Below are positions 1 through 10,237 of a stretch of DNA of 64,000 bases, piece by piece (position 1 is the stretch's first letter; each line of letters starts with the position of its first letter). Origin of the DNA: Acidimicrobiia bacterium (GTDB lineage Bacteria > Actinomycetota > Acidimicrobiia > UBA2766); contig JAXLRM010000003.1 in assembly GCA_046331095.1 (NCBI GenBank), positions 596,001-660,000 on the forward strand. Reading direction: 5' to 3'. The position numbers and the translations under genes are program-made. The notes beneath the pieces are model-generated. The model was not told the origin of the DNA and made no database searches. It saw nothing but the letters and a program-made list of their open reading frames with translations.

Positions 1-122
1 GCTGCCGTCCTCGGCACCGGCCTAGTCGTCACGGGCGAGATGGGTGCGGGCTCGTCACGGGTCTGCACCTGGACTACGGCAGCCGCCTGAGCGGGTCTCG
101 GTGGTGCCAAGCGGAGCTGGGG

Positions 123-1430
123 CTACTCACCCTCTTCGAGGAAGTCCTTGAGGCGATTGTTCGACTTCGGGTGGCGCAACTTGGACAGGCTCTTGGCCTC
201 GATCTGGCGGATGCGCTCACGGGTGACGCTCAGCTCCTGGCCGACCTCTTCCAGGGTGCGGGGCTGGCCGGTGTCGAGGCCGAAACGCAACTTGAGGACC
301 TTCTGCTCGCGGTCGTTGAGGTTGCCGAGCGCGACCTCGATCTCCTGGGCGAGGAGGGTGCGGGCTGCCGCCTCGTCGGGCATGACCGCCTGACCGTCCT
401 CGATGAACTCGGCCAGCGACGAGTCCTCCTCCTCGCCGACGGGCACGTCGAGGCTGATCGGCTCCTGGCTCACCCGCTGGATCTCCCGGACCCGCTCCGG
501 CTCCATCTCGAGCTCCCGCGCGATCTCCTCCGGCGTTGGTTCGCGGTTGAGCTTCTGGACGAGCTCACGCTGGCTCCGGAGGAGGCGATTGATCGTGTCG
601 ACCATGTGCACCGGAATCCGGATCGTGCGCGCCTGGTCCGCGAGCGCACGTGTGATCGCCTGGCGGATCCACCACGTGGCATAGGTGGAGAACTTGAAGC
701 CCTTGCGCCAGTCGAACTTCTCCACGGCGCGGATCAGCCCGAGGTTGCCTTCCTGGATCAAGTCGAGGAGCTGCATGCCACGGTTGCCGTAACGCTTCGC
801 TATCGACACCACGAGGCGCAGGTTCGCCTCGACGAGATGGGTCTTGGCGGCCTGGCCGTCCGCGACCTGGTGCTCGAGCCGAGCCGCGTCGTCGGCCGAG
901 AGGAAGTGGCGTTCGGCAAGCAGGCGGCGTTCGGCTTCGAGGCCGCGCTCCATGCGCTGACTGAGGCTCTTCTCCTGTTCGAAGTCGAGCAGCGGAACCC
1001 GACCGATCTCCTGGAGGTAGATGCGCACCGGGTCTTCGGACGATCCCGTCGCACCGGCGTCGAGGTCGGGCTTCGGCTTGCCGTCCGCCTCTGCAACCTC
1101 GGGCTGTGACGGCGCGGGAACCTCAGGCACAACCGGAGGTTCATCCACACTCACCTCGACCACGGCGGCACCTGCCTCTGATGGCGCGACGGAACCGGAC
1201 CCGATTCCCACGTCGACGCCCATCATCTCGAGAGCCACCAGCACACCCCGCATCTGCTCCGGTGCGAAGTCCTGGTACGCCGACAGCAGGTCCGGCAGAT
1301 CCACGGTGTCGGTGTCGCCTGCACGGCCACGGATCTCCGCGAGGACGTCGTCGGGGATCCCGGCAGGATCTCCCGGCGTGGAGTCCGTGCCGTTCGTGGT
1401 GTCGGGCGCGGTCTCGTCATCCGCGACCAT
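123..1430 (-). CDS. sigA: RNA polymerase sigma-70 factor, primary-like (RpoD/SigA family)
   Basis: Track ORF 123..1778 trimmed to the ATG at 1428-1430 ([10 protein letters not shown]...). Sigma-70 regions 1.2-4.2 are visible ([16 protein letters not shown]; [16 protein letters not shown]; [20 protein letters not shown]). The first 116 codons of the track ORF are Arg/Pro-rich and overlap dnaG in another frame. Confidence 0.9.
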   Translation of the reverse strand: MVADDETAPDTTNGTDSTPGDPAGIPDDVLAEIRGRAGDTDTVDLPDLLSAYQDFAPEQMRGVLVALEMMGVDVGIGSGSVAPSEAGAAVVEVSVDEPPVVPEVPAPSQPEVAEADGKPKPDLDAGATGSSEDPVRIYLQEIGRVPLLDFEQEKSLSQRMERGLEAERRLLAERHFLSADDAARLEHQVADGQAAKTHLVEANLRLVVSIAKRYGNRGMQLLDLIQEGNLGLIRAVEKFDWRKGFKFSTYATWWIRQAITRALADQARTIRIPVHMVDTINRLLRSQRELVQKLNREPTPEEIARELEMEPERVREIQRVSQEPISLDVPVGEEEDSSLAEFIEDGQAVMPDEAAARTLLAQEIEVALGNLNDREQKVLKLRFGLDTGQPRTLEEVGQELSVTRERIRQIEAKSLSKLRHPKSNNRLKDFLEEGE

Positions 1431-3250
1431 CACGGCCCTCCCCAACGCTGGCGTCGTTCGATGAACGGTACCAGTTCTGCATCCAGGCGCTGCATGGTGT
1501 CGAGGTCGCCTTCGGCCTCGGCACGGTCCATGGCACGTTGGAGGTCCGCGATCGTGCGATCGACCCAGTTGCGCCGCAGCGAGCGGGCGGCCTCGTGGGC
1601 CGCCATCTCGGGATCCTCGATGCCCTCCAGGTCGACGACCGCCAAGCGGGCGAGGATCGGTGCCAGGTCCGTGGGGAGGGAGTCGACGCGAACGGGCTCG
1701 TCCGTGCCGCGGGGGAGCTCGGCGAGCGCGGCGAGCAGCGCCGTGGCGACCTTCGCAGCCGCTTCCGAGCCGAACCACGACGCGTCGACATCGGGGACCT
1801 CGGCCATGAAGTCCGCGGGTCGCTGCAGGAGCATCGCGAGCGCCTGGCCTTCGATCCGGGTCATCCTGACCTGCGTCTCGCTGCCCGAATCTCTCACCTG
1901 CCGGGAGCCGCTGCGGCGCTCGGCGCCGGCCTGCGCCTCGAGCTCGCGACGCAGCTCGTCGACACGGCGCCCCACCAGGACCTCGTCCACATCACGCATC
2001 CTGCGCGCAAGGCCACGCGCCGCGGCGTAACGGACCTTGGTGTCGGGGTGCATGGCGATCACCCTGGCGGCGGCGTCGAGAGCGCGAGCCTCCCCCGCCG
2101 CGCTGCCGAGCTCGGCACGCGCGAGCTCGCGGTCCAACTTGAACTCGAGCAGCGGTCGTCGTTTGGCGAGCGCTGCAGCCACCGCCTCGGGTCCCTCGGC
2201 GGCCACGTCGGCGGGATCGCGCCCCGGCGGCATCGTCGCGACCCACACGTCGAGGCCGAGTCTGGCCGTGATGTCGAAGACACGCTCGGTCGCCATCTCA
2301 CCGGCCGCATCGGCGTCGAAGGCGAGCACGACACGCGGTGTGTACTGCTTGATCAGGCGCAGATGGTCCTCGCCGAGAGCGGTCCCACAGGTGGCGACCG
2401 TCTGTCTGACCCCGGCCTGGTGGAATCCGATCACGTCGGTGTAGCCCTCGACGACGATCACCTCGCCCATCGACACCACATCGGCACGCGCCCAGTTGAG
2501 CCCGTAGAGCGTGCGGGACTTCTTGTAGAGATCGGTCTCGGGCGAGTTCTTGTACTTGGGCTGGTCGCTCCCGGACTCGAGCACCCGACCGGCGAGCGCG
2601 ACGGGCTGTCCCTGGGCGTCGAAGATCGGGAAGATCACCCTGTCCCGAAGCTGGTCGATGAGGTTTCCCCGCGACGACTCGAGGCCGACACCGCAGCCGC
2701 GGACCTCCTCCTCGCGGAACCCCTGTGCCCTGAGGTGACGGCAACACCCATCCCAGTCCGCAGAGGCCCAGCCGATGCGGAACTCGGTTGCGACCTCCTT
2801 GCCGAGACCCCGCGAGCTCAGGTAGGCGCGGGCGGCGGCGGCGTCGGGTGAGCGCAACAGCAACTCGTGGTGGTGATCGATCGCTGCGGCGAGGCACTCG
2901 GTCAGCCGCGGCTTCATGCGCCGCCGTGACCGGTCGGCGGCGGACTCGTTCTCGTAGTGGAGCTCGACGCCACCCCGTTGCGCGAGCTGCTCGACCGCGG
3001 AGACGAAGTCGAGACCGTCGAGGTCCGCGACGAACTGGATCACGTCACCGGATGCCTGACAGCCGAAGCAGTAGTACCGGCCGAGCTCGGGGTTGATCGA
3101 GAACGACGGGGTCTTCTCGTCGTGGAACGGGCAACGCGCGACGAAGCGGCGCCCGCTCCGCTTGAGAGCCACCCTCTCGGAGGCGACGGTGACGATGTCG
3201 TTCGCCAACCTGACGCGCTCGACGTCCTCGCGCAGTATCCGCCCTGCCAT
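1430..3250 (-). CDS. dnaG: DNA primase DnaG
   Basis: 606 aa. CHC2 zinc finger [25 protein letters not shown]; TOPRIM motifs VVVEGYTDV and AFDADAAG. The stop TGA shares 1 nt with the sigA ATG. Confidence 0.95.
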   Translation of the reverse strand: MAGRILREDVERVRLANDIVTVASERVALKRSGRRFVARCPFHDEKTPSFSINPELGRYYCFGCQASGDVIQFVADLDGLDFVSAVEQLAQRGGVELHYENESAADRSRRRMKPRLTECLAAAIDHHHELLLRSPDAAAARAYLSSRGLGKEVATEFRIGWASADWDGCCRHLRAQGFREEEVRGCGVGLESSRGNLIDQLRDRVIFPIFDAQGQPVALAGRVLESGSDQPKYKNSPETDLYKKSRTLYGLNWARADVVSMGEVIVVEGYTDVIGFHQAGVRQTVATCGTALGEDHLRLIKQYTPRVVLAFDADAAGEMATERVFDITARLGLDVWVATMPPGRDPADVAAEGPEAVAAALAKRRPLLEFKLDRELARAELGSAAGEARALDAAARVIAMHPDTKVRYAAARGLARRMRDVDEVLVGRRVDELRRELEAQAGAERRSGSRQVRDSGSETQVRMTRIEGQALAMLLQRPADFMAEVPDVDASWFGSEAAAKVATALLAALAELPRGTDEPVRVDSLPTDLAPILARLAVVDLEGIEDPEMAAHEAARSLRRNWVDRTIADLQRAMDRAEAEGDLDTMQRLDAELVPFIERRQRWGGP

Positions 3251-3273
3251 TGGTGACCCAGCCTACCGGCGAC

Positions 3274-4362
3274 CTAACGCGGAAGGGCCTCGCCGGGACC
3301 CGCCGGAGAGTGCGGCAGGAAGATCGACTCGTAGGTGGCGACCGCGAAACGGTCGGTCATCCCGGCGATGAAGTCGGCCACGCGCTGCTCGTAGGAGTCG
3401 CCGGCGACGCCGGCCGACTCGGGCAGACGCGACCGATCCGCGAGGTACCACTGCATCAGGTTGCGCAGGAGCGCTGATGCGCGTTCGGTTTCGCGTTGCA
3501 ACTCCGGCGACAGGTAGACCCGTTCGAACATGAAATCACGCAGGCCGTCCATGACCGTGAAGACGTGAGGGCTCATGCGCAAGCCTGCGCAACTCCCGAA
3601 GGGCTCCGAGACGTCCGAAGCCTCGACGAGGTCGGTGACCAGGGTCGTGATCCGCTCGCTCGACGTGGTGCCGAGGATCGCGCCGACGTCGGGCGGGATC
3701 TCAGCCTCGTCGAGGATCCCGGCGGCGAGAGCGTCGTCGACGTCGTGGTTGAGGTAGGCGATGCGGTCCGCGAAGCGGACAACCCACGCCTCGTGGGTCG
3801 AGGGCTCCGGCTGGTTCCAGGAACTGTGGACCATCCCGTCGCGCACCTCGGCGGTGAGGTTGAGCCCCGCAGGCTTCGCCTCGAGAACCTCGACGATGCG
3901 CACCGAGTGCGCGGCATGGTGGAAGGGTCGGCCGAGCATCTCGGTGAGGACGGTCTCGCCGAGGTGGCCGAAGGGTGTGTGACCGAGGTCGTGGCCCAGG
4001 CAGATCGCCTCGGCGAGGTCCTCGTTGAGTGCGAGCGAGCGGGCGATGGTGCGCGCGATCTGGGTCGCCTCGAGGGTGTGTGTGAGGCGGGTACGGAAGT
4101 GGTCGCCGTCGGGGCTGATGAAGACCTGGGTCTTGTGCTTGAGACGGCGAAACGACGGCGAGTGCAGGATCCGGTCACGGTCGCGCTGGAACGCTGTCCG
4201 CAACGGGTCGGGGGGTTCGGGGCGATCGCGATCGCCTGCTCCGGTGCTGCGCGTGGCGCCGCCCGCGAGGCGCTCGGCCTCCCACGCCTCGGTGCGGAGG
4301 CGCACGTCGTGGCGTGGGCCGGGCGGTGCTGGTGCGGTCGGTGTCGCTCGCGCTGACATCAC
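3274..4362 (-). CDS. dgt: dGTP triphosphohydrolase-like HD-domain protein
   Basis: 362 aa. HD motif CLGHDLGHTPFGH; RTAFQRDRDRILHSPSFRRLKHKTQVF is typical of the Dgt family. It lies immediately upstream of dnaG, as in actinobacteria. Confidence 0.85.
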   Translation of the reverse strand: MMSARATPTAPAPPGPRHDVRLRTEAWEAERLAGGATRSTGAGDRDRPEPPDPLRTAFQRDRDRILHSPSFRRLKHKTQVFISPDGDHFRTRLTHTLEATQIARTIARSLALNEDLAEAICLGHDLGHTPFGHLGETVLTEMLGRPFHHAAHSVRIVEVLEAKPAGLNLTAEVRDGMVHSSWNQPEPSTHEAWVVRFADRIAYLNHDVDDALAAGILDEAEIPPDVGAILGTTSSERITTLVTDLVEASDVSEPFGSCAGLRMSPHVFTVMDGLRDFMFERVYLSPELQRETERASALLRNLMQWYLADRSRLPESAGVAGDSYEQRVADFIAGMTDRFAVATYESIFLPHSPAGPGEALPR

Positions 4363-4395
4363 ATCACCCTAGGGCCCGCCTGCGACACCGGATCC

Positions 4396-4596
4396 GGGCA
4401 CGTCCAAACGCGGGCAACCCGGCCCGCACACGACCCAGACCACCCGCGATTGCAGTCTCGGGCACCCCCAAACGCGGGCAACCCGACCCGCACACGACCC
4501 AGACCACCCGCGTTTGCGGTCTCGGGCACCCCCAAACGCGGGCAACCCGGCCCGCACACGACCCAGACCACCCGCGTTTGCAGTCTGGGGCACGTC
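4396..4596. repeat. Palindromic intergenic repeat cluster 1 (3 tandem units, 64-bp period, loop subfamily A)
   Basis: The unit CCAAACGCGGG-CAACCCGGCCCGCACACGACCCAGACCA-CCCGCG(T/A)TTG starts at 4404, 4468 and 4532. It lies between the ppdK stop and the dgt start. Confidence 0.9.
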
Positions 4597-4604
4597 CGGG
4601 CGGG

Positions 4605-7211
4605 TCAGGGCTCGGGTCGGGGCTCGGGCCGGGTCTCGGCTCGGATTGCGGCCTGCCCGGCCGCGAGGCGCGCCATCGGCACTCTGAACTGGGAGCAACT
4701 CAGGTAGTCGAGGCCGGTGTCGTGGAAGAACTGCACCGATCTCGGGTCACCGCCGTGCTCGCCGCAGACACCGAGGTGAAGGCCCGGGTGGGTGGCCCGG
4801 CCGTCGGCGGCTGCGATCGCCACCAACCGCCCGACACCCGCCGCGTCGAGCACGTCGAAGGGATTCACGGGTAGGAGACCGTCCTCGAGATAGGCCTCGA
4901 AGAAATGGCGCTGCGCGTCGTCGCGGCTGAACGCCCATGTCATCTGGGTGAGGTCGTTGGTCCCGAAGCTGAAGAAATCAGCAGCCGACGCGATCTCCCC
5001 CGCCGTGAGTGCGGCGCGCGGTACCTCGATCATCGTGCCGATCCTTACGGGGATGTCCTCGCCCGACTCCGACATCGCCGCATCCCACACCTCCTCGACG
5101 TGGCGTCGCAGGAACTCGAGCTCGCGCACCTCCGACACCAGCGGGATCATGATCTCCACGATCGGATGGCCACCATCGCGGACCCGCCGCACCGCCGCCC
5201 ACGCGATCGCCGCCACCTGCATGCGGTACAGGCTCGGGTGCGTGATCCCGAGCCTGCAGCCGCGCAGGCCCAGCATCGGGTTCTCTTCCTGCAGGCCGCG
5301 CACTACCGGGATCTGCTCGAGCTCCTCGGGCGTCGCCTCACCGCGGGCATGGCGCACGAGAAGGTCGTCGAGGTCGGGGAGGAACTCGTGCAAAGGCGGG
5401 TCGAGGAGACGGATCGTCACGGGGAGGCCGTCCATCGCCTCGAGGATCCCCACGAAGTCGACCTGCTGCTGCTCTCGGATCGGGTGCAGGTGCTTCTCGT
5501 CGTAGCCGCTCATGATGTAGCGCCGTAGCAGCGGGAGACGGTCGCCGAGGAACATGTGCTCGGTGCGGCACAACCCGATCCCCTCGGCTCCGAGGCGACG
5601 CGCGTTCTCGCAGTCGGTCGGCAAGTCGGCGTTGGCACGCACACCCAAGCGGCGCCTCTGGTCCGCCCACCCGAGGAGGCGCTCGAAGTGCTCACCGGGC
5701 TCGGGCATGATCACCGGCACCTGGCCGAGGCACACGAGTCCACCCGAACCGTCGATCGAGACGATCTCGCCCTCGCCCACCGTGCGGCCTCGCGCCGTCA
5801 GCGTGCGCCGGGTGTAGTCGATGGCGATGTCGGCGCCGCACACGGCTGGGATGCCCATGCCCTTGGCCACGATCGCTGCGTGGCTGAGGTTGCCACCCTG
5901 GGCCGTGAGGATCCCCCGTGACGCGGCCATTCCGTGGAGGTCGTCGGGTGACGTCACCTCGCGCACCAGGATCACGGCGTTGCCGTGGCGGCCGTGCCGT
6001 TCGGCGACGTCGGGGTCGAAGACGACCGCGCCAGTGGCTGCTCCCGGGGATGCCGCGACCCCGCGGGCGAGCACGTCGAGGTCGGCGTCGGGATCGAAGC
6101 GTGGGTGCAGGAGCTGGTCCAGTTGCGCGGGTGTCACCCGCAGCAGTGCCTCGTCGCGGTCGATCATGCGCTCGTCCGCGAGCTCGACGGCGATGCGGAC
6201 GGCAGCCGGGGCGGTGCGCTTCGCCCGCCTGACCTGCAAGAGCCAGAGGTGGCCGTCCTCGATCGTGAACTCGAGGTCGCACACGTCCCGCTCGCGCCGC
6301 TCCAGTAGCTGCATCGTGCGCTGCAGCTCACGCTCCTGCTCGGGGAACTCCGCGGCGAACACGTCACGGTCCACGGTCTTGTGCGTTCCCGCGACGACGT
6401 CCTCGCCCTGCGCGTTCCCGAGGAAGTCGATCATCGGCGTGCGCTCACCGGTGTTGGGATCGCGCGTGAACGCGACGCCGGTACCCGAGTTCGGGCCGCG
6501 GTTGCCGAAGACCATCGTCTGGACGTTGACTGCGGTGCCGGCGTCGTCGCCGATGCCGTTGAGTCGCCTGTAGTCACGGGCGCGGCGCGCGTTCCACGAC
6601 TTGAAAACCGCCTCGACCGAACCGATCAGTTGCACGTAGGGGTCGGCCGGGAACGGCTCGCCGGTGTGGTCGGAGTAGATCCCCTTGAAGTCGGCGACGA
6701 CCGTGGCGAGCACCGTGGCGTCTGGTGCGTCGCCGGCCCGGGCCAGACGCTCCTCGAACGCCTCGCCGGGCACGCCACGGACGACGCGGCCGAACATCTG
6801 GACCAGCCGCCGGTACGCGTCGAGTGCGAAGCGCCGGTCGTCCGCGAGCTTCGCGAGCCCCTCGACGACGTCGTCGTCGAGGCCGATGTCGAGGATCGTG
6901 TCCATCATCCCCGGCATCGACTGCGCCGCGCCCGAGCGGACCGAGACCAGCAGCGGGTCGGAGGGATCCCCGAACCGGCGCCCCGTCGCGGCCTCGAGCC
7001 CGTGCACGTGGTCGGTGATCTCGTCGGTGAGGCCCTCGGGCACCGTACCGGTCCGCAGGTAGTGCCTGCAGGCCTCGGTCGTGATCGTGAACCCCGGTGG
7101 TACCGGCAGGCCGAGTGAGGTCATGGCCGCGAGACCGGCACCCTTGCCGCCGAGCAGGACCGCGTCGGGCTCGGCGCTCTCCTTGAAGTCGAAGACGAAG
7201 CGGACGCTCAT
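4605..7211 (-). CDS. ppdK: Pyruvate, phosphate dikinase
   Basis: 868 aa. N-terminal ATP-grasp LLGGKGAGLAAMTSLGLPVPPGFTIT; phospho-His region GGNLSHAAIVAKGMGIPAV; PEP-utilising C-terminus CRTEHMF...FSFGTNDLTQ. Confidence 0.95.
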   Translation of the reverse strand: MSVRFVFDFKESAEPDAVLLGGKGAGLAAMTSLGLPVPPGFTITTEACRHYLRTGTVPEGLTDEITDHVHGLEAATGRRFGDPSDPLLVSVRSGAAQSMPGMMDTILDIGLDDDVVEGLAKLADDRRFALDAYRRLVQMFGRVVRGVPGEAFEERLARAGDAPDATVLATVVADFKGIYSDHTGEPFPADPYVQLIGSVEAVFKSWNARRARDYRRLNGIGDDAGTAVNVQTMVFGNRGPNSGTGVAFTRDPNTGERTPMIDFLGNAQGEDVVAGTHKTVDRDVFAAEFPEQERELQRTMQLLERRERDVCDLEFTIEDGHLWLLQVRRAKRTAPAAVRIAVELADERMIDRDEALLRVTPAQLDQLLHPRFDPDADLDVLARGVAASPGAATGAVVFDPDVAERHGRHGNAVILVREVTSPDDLHGMAASRGILTAQGGNLSHAAIVAKGMGIPAVCGADIAIDYTRRTLTARGRTVGEGEIVSIDGSGGLVCLGQVPVIMPEPGEHFERLLGWADQRRRLGVRANADLPTDCENARRLGAEGIGLCRTEHMFLGDRLPLLRRYIMSGYDEKHLHPIREQQQVDFVGILEAMDGLPVTIRLLDPPLHEFLPDLDDLLVRHARGEATPEELEQIPVVRGLQEENPMLGLRGCRLGITHPSLYRMQVAAIAWAAVRRVRDGGHPIVEIMIPLVSEVRELEFLRRHVEEVWDAAMSESGEDIPVRIGTMIEVPRAALTAGEIASAADFFSFGTNDLTQMTWAFSRDDAQRHFFEAYLEDGLLPVNPFDVLDAAGVGRLVAIAAADGRATHPGLHLGVCGEHGGDPRSVQFFHDTGLDYLSCSQFRVPMARLAAGQAAIRAETRPEPRPEP

Positions 7212-7247
7212 CGTTCCCCCAACGTGGTGGTGGTCCTTCCGCTCAGC

Positions 7248-8588
7248 TCACTCCTGTGCGAGACGACGCATCACCTCAGCACCCACGTCGGCGATCGGGA
7301 TCCGTTCCTGGGCCATCGTGTCCCTGTCGCGGATGGTCACGGCATCGTCCTCGATCGACTCGAAGTCGACCGTGACGCAGAAGGGCGTGCCGAGCTCGTC
7401 CTGGCGCCGGTAGCGCTTGCCGATCGAGCCGGCGTCGTCGTAGTCGATCATCGCGATCGGGCGGATCGAGTCCGCGAGCTTGCGGGCGACCGGCACGAGG
7501 TCGGGGTTGCGGCTCAACGGCAGCACGGCGCACTTGACCGGGGCGAGAAGCGGGTGCAGGTGCAACACGACACGCTTCTCGCCACGCACCTCCTCCTCGT
7601 CGTACGCGTCGAGCAGGAACGCCATCGCAGTGCGGTCCGCCCCCGCCGCCGGCTCGATGACGTGGGGAAGGAAGCGCCGCTCCGTCGCGGGGTCGAAGTA
7701 GCTCAGGTCCTTGCCGGAGAACTCCGAGTGCTGCCTGAGGTCGAAGTCGCCACGGTGGGCGATGCCCTCGAGCTCACCCCAGCCCCACGGGAACTCGTAC
7801 TCGACGTCGACGGTCTTGGACGAGTAGTGGCTCAGCTCCTCGGAGTCGTGGTCACGCATGCGGAGGCGCTCGGTCCGCATGCCGAGGCGCTCGTACCAGG
7901 CACGCCGCTCCTCACGCCAGTACGAGTACCACTTGTCGGCATCCTCGGGCGTGCAGAAGAACTCCATCTCCATCTGCTCGAACTCACGCGTGCGGAACAC
8001 GAAGCGCCCCGGCGTGATCTCGTTGCGGAAGCTCTTGCCCACCTGCGCGATCCCGAAAGGGAGCTTCTTGCGGCTCGTCGTCTGCACGTTGGCGAAGTTG
8101 ACGAAGATGCCCTGAGCAGTCTCGGGCCTCAGGTACACGACCGAGGAGTCGTCCTCGACGGGGCCGAGGAACGTCTTGAACATCAGGTTGAACTCGCGCG
8201 CCTCGGTGAACTCGCAGCCCTTCTTGTTGTTGGGGCAGTCGCGGTCGTCGAGCTGGTCGGCACGGAAGCGCCGCTTGCACACCTTGCAGTCGACGAGGGG
8301 GTCGGTGAAGGTCGCCAGGTGTCCCGACGCCTCCCAGACACGGGGGGCCATGAGGATCGCGGCGTCGATACCGACGACGTCGTCGCGGAGCTGCACCATG
8401 GAGCGCCACCACTGCTCCTTGACGTTGCGCTTCAGCTCGACGCCGTAGGGGCCGTAGTCCCACGTCGATCCGAGACCTCCGTAGATCTCCGACGACGGGA
8501 ACACGAACCCGCGCCGCTTGCACAGGTTCACGATCGTGTCGAGGTCGAACACCACGGCGTCGTTGGGCTCCGGCATGGGCCGAATCAT
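7248..8588 (-). CDS. glyQS: Glycine--tRNA ligase (class II, single-chain GlyQS type)
   Basis: 446 aa. [34 protein letters not shown] and the [25 protein letters not shown] class II motifs. Confidence 0.95.
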   Translation of the reverse strand: MIRPMPEPNDAVVFDLDTIVNLCKRRGFVFPSSEIYGGLGSTWDYGPYGVELKRNVKEQWWRSMVQLRDDVVGIDAAILMAPRVWEASGHLATFTDPLVDCKVCKRRFRADQLDDRDCPNNKKGCEFTEAREFNLMFKTFLGPVEDDSSVVYLRPETAQGIFVNFANVQTTSRKKLPFGIAQVGKSFRNEITPGRFVFRTREFEQMEMEFFCTPEDADKWYSYWREERRAWYERLGMRTERLRMRDHDSEELSHYSSKTVDVEYEFPWGWGELEGIAHRGDFDLRQHSEFSGKDLSYFDPATERRFLPHVIEPAAGADRTAMAFLLDAYDEEEVRGEKRVVLHLHPLLAPVKCAVLPLSRNPDLVPVARKLADSIRPIAMIDYDDAGSIGKRYRRQDELGTPFCVTVDFESIEDDAVTIRDRDTMAQERIPIADVGAEVMRRLAQE

Positions 8589-8650
8589 AGGAGCGCCTCT
8601 CGGTGGTACTCGCGGCGTGGCACGCGAGGCTGTAGGTACACTGCGCGCAG

Positions 8651-9187
8651 ATGGACCCCCAGCACCCCGGCGTGCCCCAGGGCTACTACCCCGAACCCCC
8701 TCAGGCGCCGGTCCCTCCTGCAGCTCCCGTGGAGCCGGCTCCGTACCAGCCGGCGCACGCCACCCAGCCCGTCGCAGACGCGACCGCCGCGTACACGACC
8801 GGCTTCGATCCCGGCTCTGTCGGATCCACCCCCGGTGCCGGTGCTGTCGAGCCGGCCGGCGAGTTCACCGGGGCGGCGCATGCACCTCCAATCCAGGCGG
8901 GCGCGCCCCCAGGGCCGGCGCGCGGGTCGAACGCTCTGTTGTGGGGGCTCGTGGTCGTGCTCGTCGCCCTCGTCGCCGCTCTCACGGTCATGTTCGTGGT
9001 GCGCGGTGGCCGAGCCCCCACGACGACGACCTCACCTGTGACGACGACCCGGCCCACCACCACGACTCCGACCACCGTCACCACCGTGCCGACGACTACG
9101 GCCGTACCCACGACCGAGGCTCCGACGACGGCAGCACCGGGTGCGGGTACGACCACAATCGCGCCGGACTTCGCGCCCGCCGACTGA
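8651..9187 (+). CDS. Hypothetical Pro-rich / Thr-rich single-pass membrane protein
   Basis: 178 aa. ATG start; Pro-rich N-terminus, one hydrophobic helix ([22 protein letters not shown]), then a Thr/Pro low-complexity tail. No recognisable domain. Confidence 0.5.
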   Translation: MDPQHPGVPQGYYPEPPQAPVPPAAPVEPAPYQPAHATQPVADATAAYTTGFDPGSVGSTPGAGAVEPAGEFTGAAHAPPIQAGAPPGPARGSNALLWGLVVVLVALVAALTVMFVVRGGRAPTTTTSPVTTTRPTTTTPTTVTTVPTTTAVPTTEAPTTAAPGAGTTTIAPDFAPAD

Positions 9188-9214
9188 TCGATCCACCGCG
9201 ACATTGGACGGCTG

Positions 9215-10237
9215 ATGCCGGACACCGGCCCGTGTGACACCGCTGTCGAGTCGATCCTCGCCCGCTTGCGGGCGAGCGGCACCGTCCCCGAAGGCGCCGT
9301 GGTCGAGATCCACCCGCTTGCCGGGGGGGTCTCGTCCGACGTCCGGCGCGCGACGTGGCCCGGCGCCTCGGCGGTGATCAAGACCGCGCTGCCACGGTTG
9401 CGCGTCGAGGCCGTCTGGGAGGCTCCCCTCGAGCGCAGCGAGAACGAGGTGCGATGGCTGCGCCGGGCACGGTCGATCGTGATGGCTGCCGTGCCCGCGG
9501 TTCTCGCCGACGACCCGGGCGCTCACGTGTTCGCGATGGAAGACCTCGCCAGCGCGCCGACGTGGAAGGCGGAACTGGCCGCGGGACGCTGCGATCCGGA
9601 TTTCGCGGCGTCTGTCGGCGCTCTCGTCGCCCGCATCCACGCGACGACCGCCGCGGACGCCGCTACCGCAGCGGCGTTCGACACGGAGGCGCTCTTCCGA
9701 GCGCTGCGGGTCGAGCCCTACCTCGAGGCGACGGCACGGGCACGCCCCGAGGTCGCGGAGCCGCTCGCCGCGATCGCCGACGACCTCCTCGCCATCCGCT
9801 GCGCTCTCGTCCACGGTGACCTCAGCCCCAAGAACGTCCTCGTCACCGGGAGAGGACCTGTCTTCGTCGACGCCGAGACGGCGTGGTGGGGCGACCCGGC
9901 CTTCGACGTCGCCTTCGCCGACACGCACCTGCTCCTCAAGGCACGCTGGCACCCCGAGTTCACGGACGGCTACGCGGCATGTCGTGAAGCGTTCGCGTCT
10001 GCATACGTCGCGGGCGTCGACTGGGAGGACCCAGGCGCACTCGACGCGCGGGCGGCCCGCCTCCTCCCCGCCCTGCTCCTCGCACGCGTCGACGGCAAGT
10101 CACCGGTGGAGTACCTCGACGAGTCGGGCCGTGAGGCCACACGCCACCTGGCGGTCGAGGCACTGCGGGCCGGCGACTCGAGGTCCACGGCCGATCTGGC
10201 CCGGACCTGGTACGACGACGTGAGGGCGCGGGTGTGA
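9215..10237 (+). CDS. Phosphotransferase-family kinase (APH / methylthioribose-kinase-like fold)
   Basis: 340 aa. Catalytic loop HGDLSPKNVLV and metal-binding segment FVDAETAWWGDPAFDVAF are typical of the APH/ChoK/MtnK superfamily. The stop overlaps the next gene start by 4 nt (ATGA). Confidence 0.7.
   Translation: MPDTGPCDTAVESILARLRASGTVPEGAVVEIHPLAGGVSSDVRRATWPGASAVIKTALPRLRVEAVWEAPLERSENEVRWLRRARSIVMAAVPAVLADDPGAHVFAMEDLASAPTWKAELAAGRCDPDFAASVGALVARIHATTAADAATAAAFDTEALFRALRVEPYLEATARARPEVAEPLAAIADDLLAIRCALVHGDLSPKNVLVTGRGPVFVDAETAWWGDPAFDVAFADTHLLLKARWHPEFTDGYAACREAFASAYVAGVDWEDPGALDARAARLLPALLLARVDGKSPVEYLDESGREATRHLAVEALRAGDSRSTADLARTWYDDVRARV

Noticed and set aside
4396-4596. Tandem repeat clusters (also 11521-11700, 18195-18390 and 36080-36358) as CRISPR arrays
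   Set aside because: The whole 63-64-bp unit, including the would-be spacer, is repeated almost identically, so there are no unique spacers. Each unit is an internal palindrome. The same element occurs at four loci. There are no cas genes in the window.
7224-9041. 605-aa plus-strand ORF spanning glyQS antisense and the Pro/Thr-rich gene region
   Set aside because: It is antisense to the clearly conserved glyQS and has no motifs. The downstream part is out of frame with the better-supported 8651..9187 ORF.
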